A stretch of 64,000 bases of DNA from the human T2T-CHM13v2.0 reference genome, Homo sapiens, in NCBI RefSeq assembly GCF_009914755.1, contig NC_060947.1; one strand, given 5' to 3'. How positions within the stretch are numbered: the first letter of the stretch is position 1; every line of letters begins with the position of its first letter. The position numbers and the translations under genes are program-made. The notes below the pieces were generated by a model, which was not told the DNA's origin, ran no database searches, and was given only the letters and a program-made list of their open reading frames with translations. Of this stretch, positions 38,738-51,997 are shown piece by piece.

Positions 38738-40425
38738 AGTGGAAGAATAGATTCATTGAAACGTAGCATGCTGATAACTGGAGTACAATGATTGTACCAT
38801 ATGAAATCTAAGAAGACACAACAAATAAGTCAGTATAAAAAAATTGATCTCAGAAAGCAGACAAAAATAATTAGGCGGGGGACCAGGGGTCAGACGTCTA
38901 GTCATTTGAGAGATCAATAATAACAAGTGAAAAGCTGTCTCAGAAATCGGTGTATTGGGCAAGTTATCAAAGCTACCATTCAAGAACAGAAAATAAGTCA
39001 GAGGCCCAATTATAGAAAATGAGAAATAATATTAGAGCCATAACATAGAAATCAAGGAAATGCCCAAATATGATAACAAGAAAATAAATTAGAAGAAAAA
39101 TTGGGTGGATAGTACGTATCCTGGGTTACTGGATTAGAACTTCTTAGAGTTTACATAATTAATTTCTGTAGTCTGAAACAGGGTTGAGTATGGTGGAAAA
39201 AGGGTCTGGGAAGGAATAATGAATGATTGCCTTGAATAAAAGAAGAGGGGCGCTATGGGGAGCACGATATCAGAAACACTGTTAGAACAATACATTGCCA
39301 AAACATTTTTGACAATTTATTCAGAATAATTTTATATGTAGGCCAATCAGATGCACAATCATCAATATAGTGTAATGTGAAAAGTAGTATGTTCAAATAA
39401 ACTTTCCATTCTTTTCTGGCCCAGTTTCTGATGTCTCAAGGCATACCTCTAAATTTTTCTATGTCAGGGAAAAGGTAAAAATGGAAACACGCACATACTT
39501 TAAAAGTAAAAATCAATCAAATTGTTAAATATGTTCAATATTCTTTCCTTGACAATATAAAAAAGCATGGGTAATGCTATACTTTTTCATGTGACTAAAA
39601 TTTTAAACAATATAAAACATAACTGAATTAAATTATTGCAAATTTCTGTTTGATTTGTTAATGAATTGCCAATGTTTAAATGGGTACCAATGAATCAAAT
39701 CATACATAATTCATAACTTACTACATATTTTTCTATAAAATTCTTATTTAGGCATTATTAACATAATTAATCATACATTCACATAGTTTATGTTCTTTTG
39801 AAATTAATGACTTCAAGAATTAAAAATATATAATAATATTCAAATTATGCAAAGTGCAATATAAAATGTAAATAAGCCTATTTATGTGTATAAAAATTAC
39901 ATTTTTGTGGTCTTAAAAACTTTACTTCTAAGTTATTCAAAAGTATTAAAATTAAAAAAATTATAATGAAGAAATATATATTTTAAGACAAAAGCATTAA
40001 AACATATAAAAAATAACGTAATACACCACATTAACGTTTGTAAGAATAGAGAAAAAAAGGCATCCAAATCAGAGAGAAAAAAGTTAAATTTACTCTGTTT
40101 GCAGAGCACATGAACTTATGTATAGAAATTGTTAAAGACTCCATAAAAATATTAGAACAAATAGAAAAATTTAGCTAAGTTTCAGATACAAATCCAGCAT
40201 GCAAATATCAGTTGCAATTCTATACCGTGACAATTATCAATCTAAAAAAAATTAAATATGCAATATCATTTACAAAACACCAAAAAGAATACAACACTTA
40301 GGAATATATTGAACCAAGGACATGAGAAACTTGTACACTGAAAAATCACAAAACACTGATGAAAATGTAAAGAAGATGCAAACGATGGCTCTACATCCTG
40401 TGTTCGTGGACAAGAAGAACTAATA

Positions 40426-42410
40426 CAGGCATACAAAAGAGATATTGCCAGTTGAATAGTACAATACCTCAAAAATAGCTTCATCGTTAAAAAGATAAAG
40501 TGATGCAACAACAACGCAAGCATAGATTGAGAGTTTCCAGGAATCTACCTAAGCTGCCTGTCCATAGAAATGCTTGCTATAAAGTGACAAATATTTAACA
40601 CAAAGTCAGTTGTACTAGGTTGCAGACGGACCTCAATGAAGTGTACATTGCAATAATAAAAGTCACAAATTTTTTTTGGTTACCCAGTGAATGTAAAAGT
40701 TATGTTTACACTACACTGTAGCCTACTAAGTGTGCAACAGCATTATGTCTAAAAAAGCAATGTACATACCTTATTTTAAAAATATATTATTGCTAAATAT
40801 GCTAATGATGATTTCAGCCTTCAGCATGCTGTAATCTGCTTGTTGGTAGAGGGTCTTGCCTCAATGTTGATGGCTGCTGACTGGCTGACAAAGAAGGCAG
40901 TTAGTGAAGGTTGGGGTTGCTGTGGCAATTTCTTAAAATAGGAAAACAATAAAGTTTGTCACATCAATTGGCTTGACATTTCACAAAACATTTCTTTGTA
41001 GCATGTGGTGCTATTTGATAGCATTTTACACACGGTAGAACTTATTTCAAAATTAGAGTCAATCCTCTGAAACCCTGCCACTGCTTTATCAACTAAGTTG
41101 ATGTGATGTTCTAAATTTGTTGTTATTTCCACAATATTCCCAACGTCTCCACCAGGACTACTCCTGAGATTCCATCTCAGGAAACCAATTCATTTGCTCA
41201 TCCGTAAGAAGCAGCTCCTCATCCATTGGCATTTTATTATGACACTGCAGCAATTCATTCACATCTTCAGTCTCCACTTCTCATTCTAGCTCTCTTGCTG
41301 TTTCCACAACATGTGCAGTGACTTTCTCCACTGAGATCTTGAACCCCTTAAAGACACCGAAGTGGATTGAAATCATCTTCTTCCAAATTTCTGTTAATGT
41401 TTCTCCTATGAGTCATAAATATTCTTAATGCTATCTAAAGTGGTGAATCATTTCCAGAAAGTTTTCAATTTACTTTGCCCAGATGCATCAGAGAAATCAC
41501 TATCTATGGCAACTATAGCCTTACAAAATGTATTTATTAAATATTAAGGCTTGAAATTTGAGATCGCGCCTCGATTCATTCCATGGGTTGCAGAATGCGT
41601 GTTGTGTTAGCAGGCATGAAAAAAAAACAAATTTTTTGTACATCTCCATCAGAGCTTATGGGAACTAGGTGCACTATCCATGAGCAGCAATATTTTGAAA
41701 GTTATCTTTTTTTCTTAACAGTAGCTCTCAACAGTGAGCTTAAAATAGTCAGCAACCCATGCTGTAAATAGATGTGCTATCATCTAAGCTTTGTTGTTCC
41801 AGTTATTGGCCATAGTCAGAGTGGATTTATCATAATTACTAAGGGCCCTAGGATTTTCAGAATGGCAAATGAGTACTGGCTTCAACCTAAGGTTCACTGT
41901 GATGGTTAATACTGAGTGTTAACTTGATTGAATTGAAGGATGTAGAGTATTTATCCTGGGTATGTCTGTGTGGGTGTTGCCTAAAAGAGATTAACATTTG
42001 AGTCAGTGGCCTGGAGAAGGCAGATCCACCCTTAATCTAGTGGGCACAATCTAATCAACTTCTAGAGAATATAAAGCAGGCAGAAAAACGTCAAAAGGTG
42101 AGATGGGCCTAGCCTCCCAGCCTGCATCTTTCTCCTATACTGGAGGCTTCCTGCCCTCGAACACTGGATTCCAAGTTCTTCAGTTTTGGGACTCGGATTG
42201 GCTCTCCTTGCTCCTCAGCTTGCAGACAACCTATTGTGGGACCTTGTGATCATGTAAGTTAATACTTAATTAGAATTAGAAGAATTCTTAGCTAGAATTA
42301 GAAGTGGAGCCTAAAGATGTGACTGAATTGCTGCAGTGTCATAATAAAACACCTGTGGATGAGGGAGGAGGAGTTACTTCTTTTTATTTCTAAAAAAAAG
42401 TTAATCCAAG

Positions 42411-42445
<35 letters not shown>

Positions 42446-42494
42446 TGCTAATCCAAGCATATATATATGCTAATCCATATATATATGCTAATCC

Positions 42495-42526
<32 letters not shown>

Positions 42527-43657
42527 ATCTATCTCCTATTAGTTCTGTCCCTCTAAGAGAACCTTGACTAATACAGTTGCCAACTGCTACAACCCCTAGC
42601 AAGAGAGTCTGCCTGGTTTTTTTGGAGTTTTGAAGCTAGGCATTGACTTCTCTCTAGCTATGGAAGATATATATGGCATCTTCTTGCAATATAAGGTGAT
42701 TTTATGTACACTTAAAGTCTGTTGTTTAATGTAGTCACCTTCACCAATTATCTTAGCTAGATCCTCTGGATAACTTGCTGCAGCTTTTGTACATCAGCAC
42801 TTGCTAATTCACAATGTACTTTTATGTTACCAAGATGGCTTGGTTCTACATGAACAAATCTCTTCTAGCTTCATACTTTTCTTCTGCAGATTCCTACTCC
42901 TTCCTCCTTCATAGAACTAAAAAGAGTTAGGACCTTGCTCTGGATTAGGTTTTGGCTCAAGGAAAGGTGGTAGTTGATATGATCTATCCAAACCACTGAA
43001 ACGTTCTTATCAGTGACAGGCTGTTTTGCTTTCTTGGCATTCATGTGTTCACTGCAGTAGCATTTTTACTTTTCTTGAAGAAATTTTCCTTTGTATTCAC
43101 AGCTTGGCTAATAGTTTGGCACAAAAGGCCTAGCCTCCAGCTGATCTTGGCTTTTGACCTGTTTTCCTTTCTAAGGTTAATCATTTCTAGCATTTGATTT
43201 AAAGTGAAAAATGTGTGGCTTTTCTTTTTTTTTTTTCACTTGAACACGTAGAGTTCCTTGAAGGGCTATGAGTTGGCCTAAGTTCAACGTTATTTTTTCT
43301 AAGAGAATAGTGAGGACTAGGGATCAGGAAAGAGATAAGGAAAGGGCTGGTTGAAGGAATAGTCAGAACATGTACATTTATAGATTAAGTTTACTGTCTT
43401 TTGTTGATGTGGGTTGTGGCACCCCAAAACAATTACAATAATAACATCAAAGGACACTCATCACCATTCCAGATAAAATCGTAATGAAAGTGTTTGAAAT
43501 ACTAAAATAATTAGCTAAGTGTGACACAGATACACAAAGTAAGCACATGCAGTTGGAAAAATGGTGCCTATAGGCTTGCTTAACTGAGGGCTGCCACAAG
43601 TCTTCAATTTGTAAAAAATGCAATATAAGTGAAACACCATAAAAGAAAGTATGCCTG
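40426..43657 (-). mobile_element. Full-length Tigger1 (decayed) with two insertions
   Basis: TIRs caggcatac / gtatgcctg with TA TSDs (40424-40425, 43658-43659); about 2.39 kb after removing inserts. Confidence 0.9.
41898..42575 (+). mobile_element. MLT2A1 solo LTR (ERVL)
   Basis: tgtgatggttaatactgagtg...gaatataaagcaggcagaaaaacg...ctctaagagaaccttgactaataca. Confidence 0.9.
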
Positions 43658-44609
43658 TATTGCTAAAACGTCCACACTACTCAAAGTGATCTACAGATTC
43701 CATACAGTCTCAGTCAAAATTCCCAGTGGAATTTTTTACAGAAGTCGAAATAATGCATATACAATTGCTATGGAACTACCAAAGACTTAAAATAGCCGAA
43801 TTGTTCTTGAGAAAGAAGAGCAAAGCTTGAGGCATCATTCTTCCTTGTTTAAATATACATTAAGAAGCAAGTTGTAGTAATAAAAACAGTATCATACTGG
43901 TATACAAATAGAGATATAGACCAATAGAACAGAATAGAGAGCCAAAAAATAGACCCTTGCATATACACTTCATTGATCTTCAACAAAGGTGCCAAGAATA
44001 CCTAATGGGGAAAGGATAGTATATCAGCAAATGGTGCCAAGGAAACAGAATATCGGCATGCAACGAATAAAATAGGACCCTTATCTTGCACTATACACAG
44101 GAATCAATTCAAAAATGATTAAATATGTAAATGTACAACCTGAATTAATAAAACTCCTGGAAGAAAACATAGGGAGAACGCTTTATGACATTAATCTAGG
44201 CAAAGGTTTACTGAACATGACAGCAAACACACAGGTTTTATATATATTATATAAATATAATATATTTATATTATCTGAAATGAGATAGATAGGGTTTTGA
44301 CAGAGTGGGAAAGGTTAATGGAGAGAAAATCCTGAAACTCAAAGCTGTGGAACATGCAGATGGGGTAAAGTTACATAACAAACACACAAAGTATTCTTGT
44401 TTTAAATGTCTATTAATACATTAATAAAGTGAAAGTCAATAAAAATAAGTTATGCCTGTATATAAATTTTAATATAAAGGACACTAAATGCTGACATTTT
44501 CCAGTATCATTATGTATTTCTCAACTGTCCTGACAAATGTCCCTATTAATCACCTTTTTATGAATGGCTTAGTAAAATTTAAATGTACATTCCTCAATAT
44601 TTATGTTGT

Positions 44610-44690
44610 ACATGCATGAAAATTAAGCCTTAATGAGTTCAAGAAACTTGGCCAAGGCCATACGTAGCTACTAAATAGCAGATTTGAAAT
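44610..44690 (-). mobile_element. MIR fragment (continues after MADE1)
   Basis: gaaaattaagcc...aagaaacttggccaaggccatacgtagcta...gatttgaa. Confidence 0.55.
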
Positions 44691-44692
44691 GA

Positions 44693-45083
<391 letters not shown>

Positions 45084-45489
45084 TACAGTCCAGAGTTTTG
45101 ACTTCTACCTTTGATCTTTGCAAGCCACAATTACTTTCTTGTTACTACTCATTCTCTACTTTCAGCTTGGAATATCACACTAGAACTTCACTTAATTCAG
45201 TTTTAGTTCAAATGCTTCCTTTGAAGTGCCTTCTGCAATCTCGATGCTCAGAAGTAAGTTTTGTCTTCTCTCTCCTATGATTGTTATACCTTTTAAATTG
45301 TGCCTTTTCAGATACAGGCACACACACAAATACACACACACACTGATATACACATACATCTGTGGACAACCTTGGTTCTTATGTCACACAAACTTTGGAG
45401 CAAGTCTCGTAACTTCTCTTCATTTTGCATGAGAATATCCTCTATACCAGGCCTTGGAAAGAAACAAATTATATTCCCTATATTTAAGG

Positions 45490-45654
45490 AGAATGGTGGT
45501 CAAGAACACGTACTTTGGAATCAGATTGCTTAGTTTAGAATTCTACATTTACTACATATTTAGTTGTGTGCTCTATAACTCAATATCCTCTCTAAAATGG
45601 AAAACATAATAGTACTTACTGCCTAAAGTTATTGTGAGGATTGCATGAGAAAAT
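45490..45654 (+). mobile_element. MIR
   Basis: gtggtcaagaac...tttggaatcaga...ctaaaatggaaaacataatagtac...gttattgtgaggatt. Confidence 0.75.
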
Positions 45655-46007
<353 letters not shown>

Positions 46008-46019
46008 TAACAGAGTAAA

Positions 46020-46046
46020 CTCTCTCTCTCTCTCTCTCTCTCCCTT

Positions 46047-46094
<48 letters not shown>
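46020..46094. repeat. (CT)n and (AT)n microsatellites
   Basis: Visible directly. Confidence 0.95.
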
Positions 46095-46099
<5 letters not shown>

Positions 46100-46589
46100 T
46101 TTAGTGTATATATATACATTTTACATGCATATTCAGAATATAATTAGTAAAGTATTCTGAATATACATTTAAAGTGTGTGTACATACATATATAAAGTGT
46201 AAAGCTAGACAAGCCAGAATAATACTTTGGGACTTGGTGAGAAGGTGGAGTAAATTAATAAGATGGAATGAGAAAAAATTCTGAAATGACAATTTAGTTA
46301 ACCTAGTGTAGTGTCTCATCTTACTAACACAAAGTTATTATAGTGGGACTTCTATTCATTTATTTACCTACCAGATCCTGATATGTTAGCTTTGTGACTC
46401 ATTCTCATCTATGCTAAAAACTTTTCCCAGATTGATTTTCTTGGTTTTGAAAGTTGGCTCAAGATCATTTGCCTCACTCTCAAAACCTCAATAATTTTCA
46501 TTTGCTTTTGTTGCTATTTACCTTCAAAAACTCTGGGTAACTGCCCAACTTGATGAATCCCAGTTTCCATGGATAACACTCAGATTAGG

Positions 46590-46623
<34 letters not shown>

Positions 46624-47097
46624 AAACTGGACTTACCCAGTTTCGCACAAGGGAGACAAATTCCTTTTTGTCCGAATTTCTTCTCCTTCCACCATCATAT
46701 ATATAAACATGTACGTATGAACATGATGTATAATAGAAAATGAAATCAACTAGAAAAATTTAAAAGATAATGATTTATTTGTGCTTTAACGGTTTCACTG
46801 TGAAAGTAAACAAAGTGTTTCCATAAAACAAAGGAAAATAAAGAGTTCCATCTTGTAGAGAAACCTATTATTACTACTTCTTTTCTCTCCTTGCCATTAT
46901 TATGTTAATCTTGCTATGCCAGTCCAGGGATGAAGTCAGCAAAACTCTCAGGGAGTCAAGTCTGTTTGGTGTAAAGATTTAGGGTCAGAGCAGAGAATCT
47001 TCACCATATTCAATTAATTTGAAAATTGGAGATCTCTGTTATATGTTATATCCAGAGATCTCTCAATAAATATTGAGACATCTAGCATTTGGAGGTT

Positions 47098-47186
47098 GTG
47101 TGTGTATGTATGTATATATGTATGTATGTATGTATGTATGTGTTTGTATATATATGTATGCATGTGTGTGTGTGTTTATATATATA
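47098..47186. repeat. (TATG)n/(TG)n microsatellite
   Basis: Visible directly. Confidence 0.9.
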
Positions 47187-47289
47187 TTCAGTTAAACCCA
47201 GAACCCTAGCTACACCCTTCTGAATAAAAACTTGTTACTTATAATTAAAAAATTAATAGTAAAACAATAGATTGGCCCTCTATTGCCTC

Positions 47290-48085
47290 TTTTTTATTTA
47301 ATATTTTAAAAATCATGGCAAAATAACAAAATTTATCATTTTTATTTTTATTATGTCTAAAGTGAAATGGCACTAAGTGCATTCACATTGCTGTGCAGTC
47401 ATCACCACCATCCATCTTCGGAACTTTTTCTATCTTGCCAAACTGAAACTCCTCTAATCATTAAACAAAAACTCTTCCTTCTCCCCTCCATCTAGATGCT
47501 CGCAATCTTCATTTAACTCTCTTATTTTATGAATTTGACTGCTTTGGGTACCTCATATAAGTGGAATCATACAATATGTAACCTTTTGTGACTGGCTTAT
47601 CTCACTTAGCACAGTGTCTCAAGGTTTATCCACATTGTAACATGTCTCACAATTTCTTTCCTTTTAAGGCTAAATAGTATTACATTGTGTGTGTGTGTGT
47701 GTGTGTATGTGTCACACACACATACATATACACACATATATATTTATGGCACATTTTGTTAATCCATTTATTCATGATGAAAACTTGAACCTTTTCCACC
47801 ACTATTGAAAAAATATTTCTCTAAACATTCATGTACCAATACCTGTTTGGGATCCTGCTTTTAATTACTTTGAGTATATGTCCAGAAGGAGAATTTTTGA
47901 CTTATATGGTAATTTTACATTTAACTTTTTGAGGAACTGCCATACTATTTTCCATGGTGACTGCACCATTTTGCGTTACCATCAGCAATGTACAAGAGTC
48001 CAAGTTTTCATTGCCCTCACCAACACTTGTTATTTTCTGTTATTATTTTCATAATAGCAATCCTAATGAATATAAAGGGATCTCT
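47290..48085 (-). mobile_element. L1MB 3' end
   Basis: cattcacattgctgtgcagtcatcaccaccatccatc...ggtacctcatataagtggaatcatacaata. Confidence 0.85.
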
Positions 48086-48089
48086 TAAT

Positions 48090-48445
48090 TGTTATTATTT
48101 CAGTAGCATTATGGGTACAAGTGGTTTGTGGTTGCATGGATAAATTGTATAGTAGTGATGGCTATGATTTTAGTGCACCCATCACCTGAGAAGCGTGTAT
48201 TTTACCCACTAGGTAGTTTTTAATCCCTAACCTCCCTTCCACCCTCCCCCTTCTGAGTCTCCAATGTCCTTTATACCACTTTGTGTGCCTTTGCACACCG
48301 ATAGCTTACCTCCCACTTATACGTGACAACATACAGTATCTGGTTGTTGATTTCTGAGTTACTTCACTTAGAATAATGGCCTCCAGTTCCATCCAACTTG
48401 CTGCAAAATACATTAGGTCATTCTTTATGATGGCTGAGTAGTATT

Positions 48446-48492
<47 letters not shown>

Positions 48493-51400
48493 ACATTTTA
48501 TCTGCTCATCAGTTGATGGATATTAGGTTGATTCCTTACCTTTGCAATTGTGAATTGTGCAGTAATAAACATACACATCCAGGTTTTTTTTTAGGCATAT
48601 ATTCACTTCTTTTCCTTTGGGCAGATACCCAGTAGTAAGATTGATGAATTAAATGGTAAATCTACCTTTAGTTCTTTGAAAAGTCTCCATAAAGTGTTCC
48701 ATATTGGTTGTACAAATGTATACTTCCACTAGAAGTGTATAAGAATTCAATTTTCACCACATCCACACCAACATCTATTCTATTCTGACTGTTTAATAAT
48801 GAACATTTTAGTTGAGGTAAACTGGTATCTCATTGTGGTTTTAATTTGCATTTCCCTGATGATTAGTAATGTTGAGTATTCTTCATATGTTTGTTGGTCA
48901 CTTGTATATCTTCTTTTGAGAAGATATTCATGTCCTTTGCTCACTTTTTGATAAGATTTTTTTCTTGCTAATTTGTTTGAGCTTCATATAGATCCTGGAT
49001 ATTTGTCTTTTGTCAGATGCATACATTATAAATATTTTCTCCCATTCCACAGGTTGTTTGTTTACTCTGATGATTATTTATTTTGACATAGAAAATCTTT
49101 TTACTTTAATGAGGTCCGATTATTTATTTTTTGTTTTCATTGTGTTTGGTTTTGGAGTCTTAGTCATAAATTATTTGCAAACGCCAATGTCCAGAAACGT
49201 CTTTCCAAGGTTTTGCTCTTGAATTTTTATGGCTTCAGGTCTTAGATTTAAGTCTTTAATCCATCTTAAGTTAATTTTTGTGTATAGTTAGAGCTAAGAA
49301 TTCAGTTTTATTCTTCCACATGTGGCTATACAATTTCCCCAGCACCATTTATTGAATAGAGTGTTCTTTTCCCAATTTATGTTTCTGTATGCTTTGCCAA
49401 AGATCAGTTGGCTGTAAGTATTTGGCTTTGTTTCTGGCTTCTCTATTCTGTTCCATTGGTCTCTGTATCTACTTTTATATCAGTACCTTGTGTTTTGGTT
49501 ATTGTAACCTTGTAGTGTAATTTAAAGTTAGGTAATGTGATGCCTTCAGATTTATTCTTTTTGCTTAGGATTACTTTGACAATTAGGGCTCTTTTTTTGG
49601 TTCCATATGAATTTTATCATTCTTTCTTTAATTCTGTAAAAATGATGTTACTATTTTGATAGGAATTGCTTTGAATCTGTAGACTGCTTTGGGCAGTATG
49701 GTCATTTTCATTATATTGATTCTTCCAATCCATGAGCATGATATGTATTTTCATTGGTTTGTGTAATCTATGATTCTTTTCAGCAGTGTTTTGTAAATCT
49801 CCTTGCAGAGATTGTTCTTATTCTTGGTTAAGTATATTCCTAAGGTTTTTTTTGTAATTATGCAAAAGAGATTGAGTTCTTTATTTAATTCTCAGCTTGG
49901 TCATTTTTGGTGTATAGCACTGTTACTGATTGATTTTGTAATCTGAGACTTTACTGAATTCATTTATCAGATATAGGAATCTTTTGGAGGACTCTTTAGG
50001 GTTTTCTATGTACAAGATCATATTGTCAGCAGACAGAGGTGCTCTGACTTCCTGTTTTTCAATTTGGATGCCCTTTACATCTTTCTCTTGCCCAATTGCT
50101 CTGGCTAAGACTTCCAGTACTATATTGAAAAGAAGTGGTGAAAGTGGAAATCCTTGTCTTGTCCCAGTTCTCAGGGAGAATGCTTTCAACTTTTCCCCAT
50201 TCAGTATGATGTTGGCTGTGGGTTTTTTACATACGGCTTTTATTATTTTGAGATATGTTCCATCTATGCCTTGTTTGTTGAGTATTGTTTATCATAAAGG
50301 ATGCTGGATTTTATCAAATGCTTTTTCGGCATCTATTGAGATGATCATTGTTTTTGTTTTTAATTCTGTTAATATGATGAATCACATTTATGGACTTGTG
50401 TATGTAGAATAAAACCCACTTGATTTTGCTAGTATTTTGTGAAGATTTGCGTGTAGATTCATCAGATATATTGTTCTGCAGTTTTCTCTTTTTCTTGTAA
50501 TGTTCTTTCTTGGTTTTCATATCAGTTGATACTGGCTTTGTAGAATGAGTTTAGGAGGATTTCTTCCTTCTCAGTCTTTTGAAATAACAACAGTAGATTT
50601 TGCACCAAATCTTTGAATGTCTGGTAGAATTCAGGTGTAAATATTTCTGGTCCTGGGCTTTTTGCCATTGTTGTTGTTGGCAGTTGTTAAAGTACTGATC
50701 AAATTTCGCTGCTTGTTATTCATCTGTTTATAATTTCTATTTCTTCATGATTCAAGCAAAGGGCATTGTGTGTTTCCCGGAATATATTCATTTCCTCTAG
50801 ATTTTCTAGTTTCTGTGCATATAAGTGTTTATAATATTATGTAAAGATGTTTTGTATTTCTGTGGTGTCAATTGTAATGTCTCTATTTTCACTTCTAATT
50901 AAGCTAATTTGAATTTTCTTTTTTCTTTTCTTGGTTAATCTATCTAGCAGTCTATCAATTTTGCTTATTTTTTCAAAGAACCAGCTTTTTGTTTCATTGG
51001 TATTTTGTTTTTTTGTTTTGATTTCATTTAGATCTGTTCTGATATTTGTGATTTCTTTTGCTTTGCTAGCTATGTGTTTGGTTTAGTCTTATTTCTCCAG
51101 TTGCTTGAGGTGTGACATGAGGTTATCAATTTGTGATCTTTCAGACTTTTTATTGTCAGTGTTTAGCTCTCTAAAGTCTTCTCTTAGCACTGTGTTTGTT
51201 GTATCCCAGAGACTCTGATACCTTGTGTCACTGTTATCATTCATTTTGAAAACAATTTAAATTTTGATCATGATTTTATTAATAACCAGAAATAACTCAG
51301 GGGCAGACTGTTTAATTTTCATGTATTTGTATAGTTTTGATGATTCCTTTTGGAATTCATTTCTAATTTTATTCCTCTGTGGTCTGAGAAGGTACTTGAT

Positions 51401-51997
51401 ACAATTTTAATTTTTTAAAATTTATTGAGACTTGTTTTGTGGCCTATCATATGGTCTATTTTGGGGAATATTCTATATGCTGATGAGAAGAATGTAAACT
51501 CTGCAGTTCTTAAGTAGAATGTTTGGTAAATATCTATTAGGTTCATTTGTTACAGAATGCAGTTAAGTCCAGTGTTTCTTTGTTGACTTTCTGCCTTGAT
51601 GATCTGTCTCGTGTTGTCAATGGAGTGTTGAAGTCCCCCAGTATTATTTTCTTTCTGTATATTTCTATTCTTAAGCCTAGTAATATTGCTTTATAAATCT
51701 GGGAGCTCTGGAGTTAGGTGCATATTTATTTAGGATTGTTATATCTTCTTACTGAATTAATCCTTTTATTATTATATAGTGACTGTATTTGTCTTTATTT
51801 TTATAGTTGTTGCTTTAAGTTTTTTTAATCTGATATAACAACAGCTACTCTTACTTACTTTTGGTTTCTATTTGTGTGAAATATGTGTTTCCATCCCTTT
51901 ACCTTCAGTCTGTGAGAAGATTTATGTATTAGGTATGTTTCCTCAACATAGCAGATATATGGTTTGTGATTTTTTATTTATTCTACCAATTCTTTAT
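48090..51997 (-). mobile_element. L1PB (PB3/PB4-like) 3' UTR and ORF2, 5' part missing; (TA)n at 48448-48488
   Basis: ORF 49923-50189 [29 protein letters not shown]...ADNMILY (RT); L1PB tail catggataaattgtatagt. Confidence 0.9.

Larger units (their letters stand above)
40010..44235 (+). mobile_element. L1M ORF2 fragment split by Tigger1 (pieces 40010-40425, 43658-44235)
   Basis: ...aagaagaactaaTA | TAttgctaaaacgtccacactac is contiguous L1 sequence across the Tigger1 insertion. Confidence 0.82.

Noticed and set aside
40426-43657. Domesticated Tigger transposase gene
   Set aside because: Interrupted by an LTR, and no long minus-strand ORF is present.
46589-46620. Poly(T) as the tail of a processed pseudogene
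   Set aside because: No TSD, poly(A) signal or recognisable parent gene adjacent.
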